A stretch of 32,000 nt of DNA. Origin: Promethearchaeota archaeon (GTDB lineage: Archaea; Asgardarchaeota; Lokiarchaeia; Sigyniarchaeales; SOKP01). Positions 27,458 to 32,000 of the stretch are shown piece after piece. The notes beneath the pieces were generated by a model. The model was not told where the DNA came from. It searched no databases and saw nothing but the letters and a program-made list of their open reading frames with translations. Made by a program: the position numbers and the translations under genes. The first letter of the stretch is position 1. Each line of letters opens with the position of its first letter. Where the stretch lies: the NCBI GenBank assembly GCA_030606485.1, contig JAUWGH010000010.1:1-32000 (forward strand), given 5' to 3'.

Positions 27458-28993
27458 TTATTCCTTAGGAGTAAAAATTAAATTATATTCACATATTCGA
27501 CCCCCATGTCGAAGGATACACTTTTTTAATTCTATTTGGTAATCATATTTTGGGTCAAATTTTTTTAGAAATGCAATTGTATAAGGAATACAGATAATTT
27601 CTATAAATTTTGAACCTCTTGAGGGATTAGACTCACCGCCAATCGGACAAAATTCGGAAGAATGTTTAACTCTTACATTATATTCATGTTCGTTCACTTT
27701 TTCTATTTTTGGTTCTGCCCCTAATACTTTATACATCTTCATTAAAGCGGCTTCTAAATTTGTTATGCCCCGACTTTTATATACTTTCGCTAAATTCCCT
27801 CCCAATAGGGTGGATATACTCCGAGGTAAATTTTCTCCACCAAAACTTATCATCTCATCTATATATGCATGAAAGAATTTTGAAGGAGTTTTTATTTCCG
27901 TTATTCCCTTTATAAATTCTTCCGTCAATCGATATGCTTCATCATCAGAATATTGTACTGGAGGATGTTTTGTAAAATATGCAGAAGGATAATATAAAAC
28001 ACCACCCTCATTTCTATCAAGTGCTAATTTACAACACCTTATTGCATCTATTACAATTCCTGCAGAATTCGGGGAATCTTCTACCGAAAGGCGTAATTCG
28101 AGGTTTATAGGAATGTCTCCAAAAATCCTACCTTCCATTCGAATGAAACAAATTTTATTATCTTTTTGCCAAGCTACCCAATCACTTGGGCCAATATGTA
28201 TATTTTCATCTTTCAATCGAATTGCCGTTTGTGATTGGACAGCTTCAGTTTTAGATATTTTTTTAGAAATTAGACGATTTCTATCTAGCATATTAAGAAA
28301 ATCAGTATTGCCTCCTGTATTAAGCTGATATGTACGCGTAAGCTTTACTCCTCTTTTCTTAAAAAGATTAGTTAAAATTCGGTGCACAATAGTAGCTCCA
28401 AATTGAGATTTTATATCATCTCCGATAATTGGAATTCCCTTTTTTTCAAATTGACTACTCCACTCAGGATTACTGGCAATAAAAACAGGGATACAATTTA
28501 TAAAGCCCACTTTTGCTTCTAAAGCACATTCAGCGTAAAATTTGGCGACTTTTTCAGAACCAACTGGGAGATAATTTATGAGCATATCCGTATTAGATTC
28601 TTTAAGTTCTTGAATTATTTCTTCCTTGCTTGATTCTTTTTGATTTGATAAAACAAATCTATATTTTTCATCATAATTATTCATATGATCTGCAAAACTA
28701 TCTAAAACTTTTCCCATTTTAACGATAACACCAGTTTTTGGAATATTATTGCAAAATATTCTAGTACAATTAGGTGGTTGAAAAATAGCCTTTGTTACAT
28801 CCTTTCCAACTTTCCTATAATCTATATCAAATGCAGCAACTACTTCAATATCACCTGGTTTATACCCGCCAATATCCCAATGCATTAATCCAATACAATT
28901 ATCATCATTTTTATTTTTATAATATTCAATACCTTGGATTAATGAACAAGCACAATTACCAATCCCAGCAATAGCAATTTTAATTTTCCGTAT
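27458..28993 (-). CDS. ino1: Myo-inositol-1-phosphate synthase fused to a C-terminal 4-Cys V4R-like domain; apparent ATA start
   Basis: The frame extends upstream of the tracked ATG (28885) to ATA 28993, giving (M)RKIKIAIAGIGNCACSLIQG. Motifs YLPVGS, GDDIKSQFGAT, QLNTGGNTDFLNM, SKKISKT, EDSPNSAG and KHPP are present, followed by a 148-aa extension. Confidence 0.93.
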   Translation of the reverse strand: MRKIKIAIAGIGNCACSLIQGIEYYKNKNDDNCIGLMHWDIGGYKPGDIEVVAAFDIDYRKVGKDVTKAIFQPPNCTRIFCNNIPKTGVIVKMGKVLDSFADHMNNYDEKYRFVLSNQKESSKEEIIQELKESNTDMLINYLPVGSEKVAKFYAECALEAKVGFINCIPVFIASNPEWSSQFEKKGIPIIGDDIKSQFGATIVHRILTNLFKKRGVKLTRTYQLNTGGNTDFLNMLDRNRLISKKISKTEAVQSQTAIRLKDENIHIGPSDWVAWQKDNKICFIRMEGRIFGDIPINLELRLSVEDSPNSAGIVIDAIRCCKLALDRNEGGVLYYPSAYFTKHPPVQYSDDEAYRLTEEFIKGITEIKTPSKFFHAYIDEMISFGGENLPRSISTLLGGNLAKVYKSRGITNLEAALMKMYKVLGAEPKIEKVNEHEYNVRVKHSSEFCPIGGESNPSRGSKFIEIICIPYTIAFLKKFDPKYDYQIELKKCILRHGGRICEYNLIFTPKE

Positions 28994-29113
28994 TTATATT
29001 CACTTCCAAAAATTTTTAAGTCTTTTCATTTAATTCCTAGATTATTTAATTATTGGAATTTTAATAAGTATAATTTTAATTAATATTCCAATACATTTTA
29101 CGGTTATTGTTAT

Positions 29114-30217
29114 TTAAAAGGGAAAATTATATTCCTTTAACCCTAATTCTTCTTGCATTATTTTTATATCTTGTTGGAGATTCTCATTAATCGGAATTCC
29201 TGTTTTATGTCTTTCCATTTTTGCTTCAAATTCTTTTTCTCCAGCGGTATATATCCTATCACAACCTGGGACTTTTTTGGAATTTCTTAAACCTTTCATA
29301 ATGTTTCCAGTAATCTTTCTAAAAGTATCCAATGGAATAAAATTTTCAATATTAATTGCTAAAAAGAAATGTCCAACTTTTAAATATTTTTTACCATTCT
29401 CCTCAATTCCAGCTGTATCTTTTAAATAAATGCCATCTTGTAATGCTGCTGATAATATTTCTACTAATGTGGCATATCCATAACCTTTATGGCCGCCATT
29501 TTCTTCTCCCTTTTTGCCAAATGATAATAAAGCCGCTGTATTATTACCTAAATTATTTAAAATTTTAGCTGGATCTATTTCAGATTCTTCTTTATTATTT
29601 ATAACTAATCCTTTAGGAAGTGTTTTCTTAAGGCGGTTGTATACTTCTACTTTACCTCTTTGGATTATTGAAGTTGCACAATCAATAAGAAATGGAAAAT
29701 TTTCATCGGTTGGACAACCAGCTGTTAAAGGATTAGTTCCTAACATAGGTTCTACTCCAAAAATTGGTGGTACAGAGGGTCTTGTATTTGTAACAGCGAT
29801 TCCAATCATGCCTTCTTTTATTGCCATTAGTGAATAATAGCCTGCAATTCCAAAATGAGTAGAATTTCTAACAGCCACTGCCCCGATACCATATTTTTTA
29901 GCTTTCTCAATTGCTAATTTCATTGATTTATAAGCAATAACATGACCCATTCCAAGTCCTCCATCTATGACGGCTGTAGTAGGACTTTCTTTAATAATCT
30001 TAATTTCCGTCCTTGGATAATATATACCCGCTTTAATTCGATCATAATACATTTTCATTCTTTGTATTCCATGGGATTCAATTCCTCTTATATCCGAGGT
30101 TATTAAAACATCTGCACAAATCTCTGCGTCTTCTTTAGGGACATCCAATCCAATAAAAACATCCTTTATAAAATTTTTGAGTGTCGTTGCATCAATATAT
30201 ACTATTTTATCAGACAT
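29114..30217 (-). CDS. Ldh_2-family oxidoreductase (malate/L-lactate/sulfolactate dehydrogenase type)
   Basis: DIRGIESHG, VRNSTHFG, GTNPL, DCATS, GHKGYG; GGAAGTGG RBS-like sequence upstream. Substrate cannot be determined from sequence. Confidence 0.93.
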   Translation of the reverse strand: MSDKIVYIDATTLKNFIKDVFIGLDVPKEDAEICADVLITSDIRGIESHGIQRMKMYYDRIKAGIYYPRTEIKIIKESPTTAVIDGGLGMGHVIAYKSMKLAIEKAKKYGIGAVAVRNSTHFGIAGYYSLMAIKEGMIGIAVTNTRPSVPPIFGVEPMLGTNPLTAGCPTDENFPFLIDCATSIIQRGKVEVYNRLKKTLPKGLVINNKEESEIDPAKILNNLGNNTAALLSFGKKGEENGGHKGYGYATLVEILSAALQDGIYLKDTAGIEENGKKYLKVGHFFLAINIENFIPLDTFRKITGNIMKGLRNSKKVPGCDRIYTAGEKEFEAKMERHKTGIPINENLQQDIKIMQEELGLKEYNFPF

Positions 30218-30749
30218 TATTCCACTTCCATAAAATTTTAATGCTAGTTAGATTTAGTGATATTAAATCTCGAATTATTTTCATTAAAAAGTCTTGATAT
30301 TTTAAACTCTTAATAAATGATTAAATCAAATATCTATTTTTTTATAAACCTCTATTTAATTAAATAAAAACTTAATTTAGTTTTTAATATTTAAACTTTA
30401 TACGAATTTTGAGATTAGTATAAAAAGGAATTTTTTTATAACATTTTTAAAAAATGGAGATAAAATAAAGTAAAGATTAGAATTTTTGTATAAGTGGGTT
30501 TCCCTAATTTATCAGAGTGGGGAGGAGTTAAAAGAATTATTGAATGAATTTTTAGCGGAGATTCATTCCGAGATGGATTCAGGGTTGAATTTATCAGATT
30601 TAGATGAAATTACCCCAGAATAAATTTCCTTTTTTGAAATTAATTTATTTTGTTTTATCAGTCTTATTAGATTAAAAAATAAGTAAGTACTAAGTTTTTT
30701 GATCCTTAATTATATTATCAAAATCGAAACATTTAAATCTCCTAGATAA

Positions 30750-31037
30750 GACGGTCAAGGAAGAGTCGAGTCACGAAACAATACCAAAAAAAAGAGGGCG
30801 CCCCGCAAGCAGGAACAACTGAGCGTGGAACAAGTGGAAACCTTGAAGGCGCGCTACGAGCAAAACATCAAAAGCGTCAATCAAGCCGTTCGGTTGAGGG
30901 CATTTTTCAAGGCTCCTTTCAAGCACACGGTTCTTGGCTGGAAAACGGACAAGTCCAAGCGGTTAACGGCTGAGGAAGCGGAAGAAAAGTTAAGGAAATT
31001 AGTTCGCGACTTACGAGAAGAGGCCTCTACACTCATC
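30750..31037 (+). other. GC-rich foreign gene fragment, possibly a mobile-element remnant
   Basis: Hand count of 139 G+C in 280 nt (30751-31030, about 50%) against very AT-rich flanks; open frame DGQGRVESRNNTKKKRAPRK...LREEASTLI without a credible start. Confidence 0.5.
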
Positions 31038-31216
31038 AATTCTGATATTTTTTCCCCTTTTGTTTTTATCTCATTATCCTTTAACGTCTACTCCATTTAA
31101 TGCTTTCTACATTATTTAAATAATATAGCGCGAAATATATTTGCTAAATTCCAAATTTATTAAAGATATGAATTGATAATGATTTTTGTTGATACAAATT
31201 TTAATATAATTCTAAT

Positions 31217-31381
31217 ATGGGGGTTTTAAAAATTAAACTTGAAATTGATTTACCTGAAAAAAAATTTAAAAATTTAAAAATAATTTTTGAGATGTTCAAT
31301 CAAGACTTAACTGAATCGTTAGAAAAAATAGCGATAAATTTCATTAAAAGTTCTCTTAAAGAAATTGAATTTATGCTTTAG
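31217..31381 (+). CDS. Small ribbon-helix-helix-like protein (54 aa, not in the ORF track)
   Basis: MGVLKIKLEIDLPEKKFKNLKIIFEMFNQDLTESLEKIAINFIKSSLKEIEFML: alternating beta-strand followed by two amphipathic helices. Confidence 0.45.
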   Translation: MGVLKIKLEIDLPEKKFKNLKIIFEMFNQDLTESLEKIAINFIKSSLKEIEFML

Positions 31382-31668
31382 GTTATTCAAACAATCTTTT
31401 TAAAAATTTGTATAGGAAAACTTGATAAATCATTTCTTGAAAAGGGAAAAGAAAAATCATCTGGCTCCAAGTTTTCTATTATAATCATTATCTTTCAAAT
31501 TAATTTCCGGGGTGTCTTTTACCGAAAAATGAGAATTATGAATTAGTGCAAGAACTTTTCACTATACTCGGTATAAGGATTGAATCAGAATAAGAAGAAA
31601 TAAAAGAGGTTGAGGTAATAGAGATTAGGAATGGATGAGAAATAATGTTTTTTTGAAGATTTTTTATG

Positions 31669-31812
31669 TTATTCTACTGTTTCTTTGCAATGTTCAAATT
31701 TCATTTCAATTTTAATAAGATCTAACCAGAAAGTATCTTCATAAACCATAATTTCTTTTAATTCTTTTATTAATTTTAAGAAATTATTTAACTTTTTAAT
31801 CACTTCATTCAT
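31669..31812 (-). CDS. Small hypothetical helical protein (47 aa, not in the ORF track)
   Basis: MNEVIKKLNNFLKLIKELKEIMVYEDTFWLDLIKIEMKFEHCKETVE; AGAGGA about 9 nt upstream. Confidence 0.45.
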   Translation of the reverse strand: MNEVIKKLNNFLKLIKELKEIMVYEDTFWLDLIKIEMKFEHCKETVE

Positions 31813-31839
31813 TTTGTAATTTCCTCTATTTTTAAAAGG

Positions 31840-31946
31840 TGACTCCTATCACAAATCAAGGGCTAAAAGAAGAAAGTCGATTTATATAAAGTAAATTTTT
31901 TTTATAGCACATCTAAGAGCTAAAAATTCCAATGTAATAGGAGTCA
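31840..31946 (-). ncRNA. Putative structured RNA element, copy B
   Basis: Terminal stem TGACTCCTATTACA/TGTGATAGGAGTCA (14 bp, one G-U on the minus strand); shares internal motifs and the 3' flank with copy A. Confidence 0.5.
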
Positions 31947-32000
31947 TAGTTTTTATTTCTCTAACTATTTAAATTATATTTCTTCCTTTAATTGCTTTCC

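Overview
Very AT-rich archaeal DNA, most likely from an Asgard archaeon (Lokiarchaeia). This rests on a Loki-CTERM-type IPGY+TM+basic tail on a beta-helix surface protein, a Loki-style C-terminal PCI-like domain, a divergent TFB paralogue and GGTGA/GAGG-type ribosome-binding sites; the assignment is pattern recognition, not a search result. From left to right: (1) a 5'-truncated FG-GAP beta-propeller membrane protein with an ABC-2 ATPase and permease; (2) a divergent TFB; (3) an 8.16-kb gene for a 2719-aa protein made almost entirely of transmembrane helices (about 80-85 by eye), followed 28 bp later by a Zn-ribbon/coiled-coil/PCI-like gene; (4) a Cys-rich membrane protein, a MoaD/ThiS-fold protein lacking the C-terminal GG, a Trm112-methyltransferase fusion and a NosD-like surface protein; (5) small membrane, wHTH and frameshifted genes; (6) a PD-(D/E)xK nuclease with three small ORFs and a divergent AbrB-like gene; (7) myo-inositol-1-phosphate synthase fused to a 4-Cys V4R-like domain, apparently ATA-initiated, and an Ldh_2-family dehydrogenase; (8) a decayed zone with a ~50% GC island. 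Two related ~100-nt non-coding elements (26037-26136, 31840-31946) have covarying 13-14-bp terminal stems whose mismatches are G-U pairs on the minus strand. No tRNA, rRNA, CRISPR array or intact transposase was seen.
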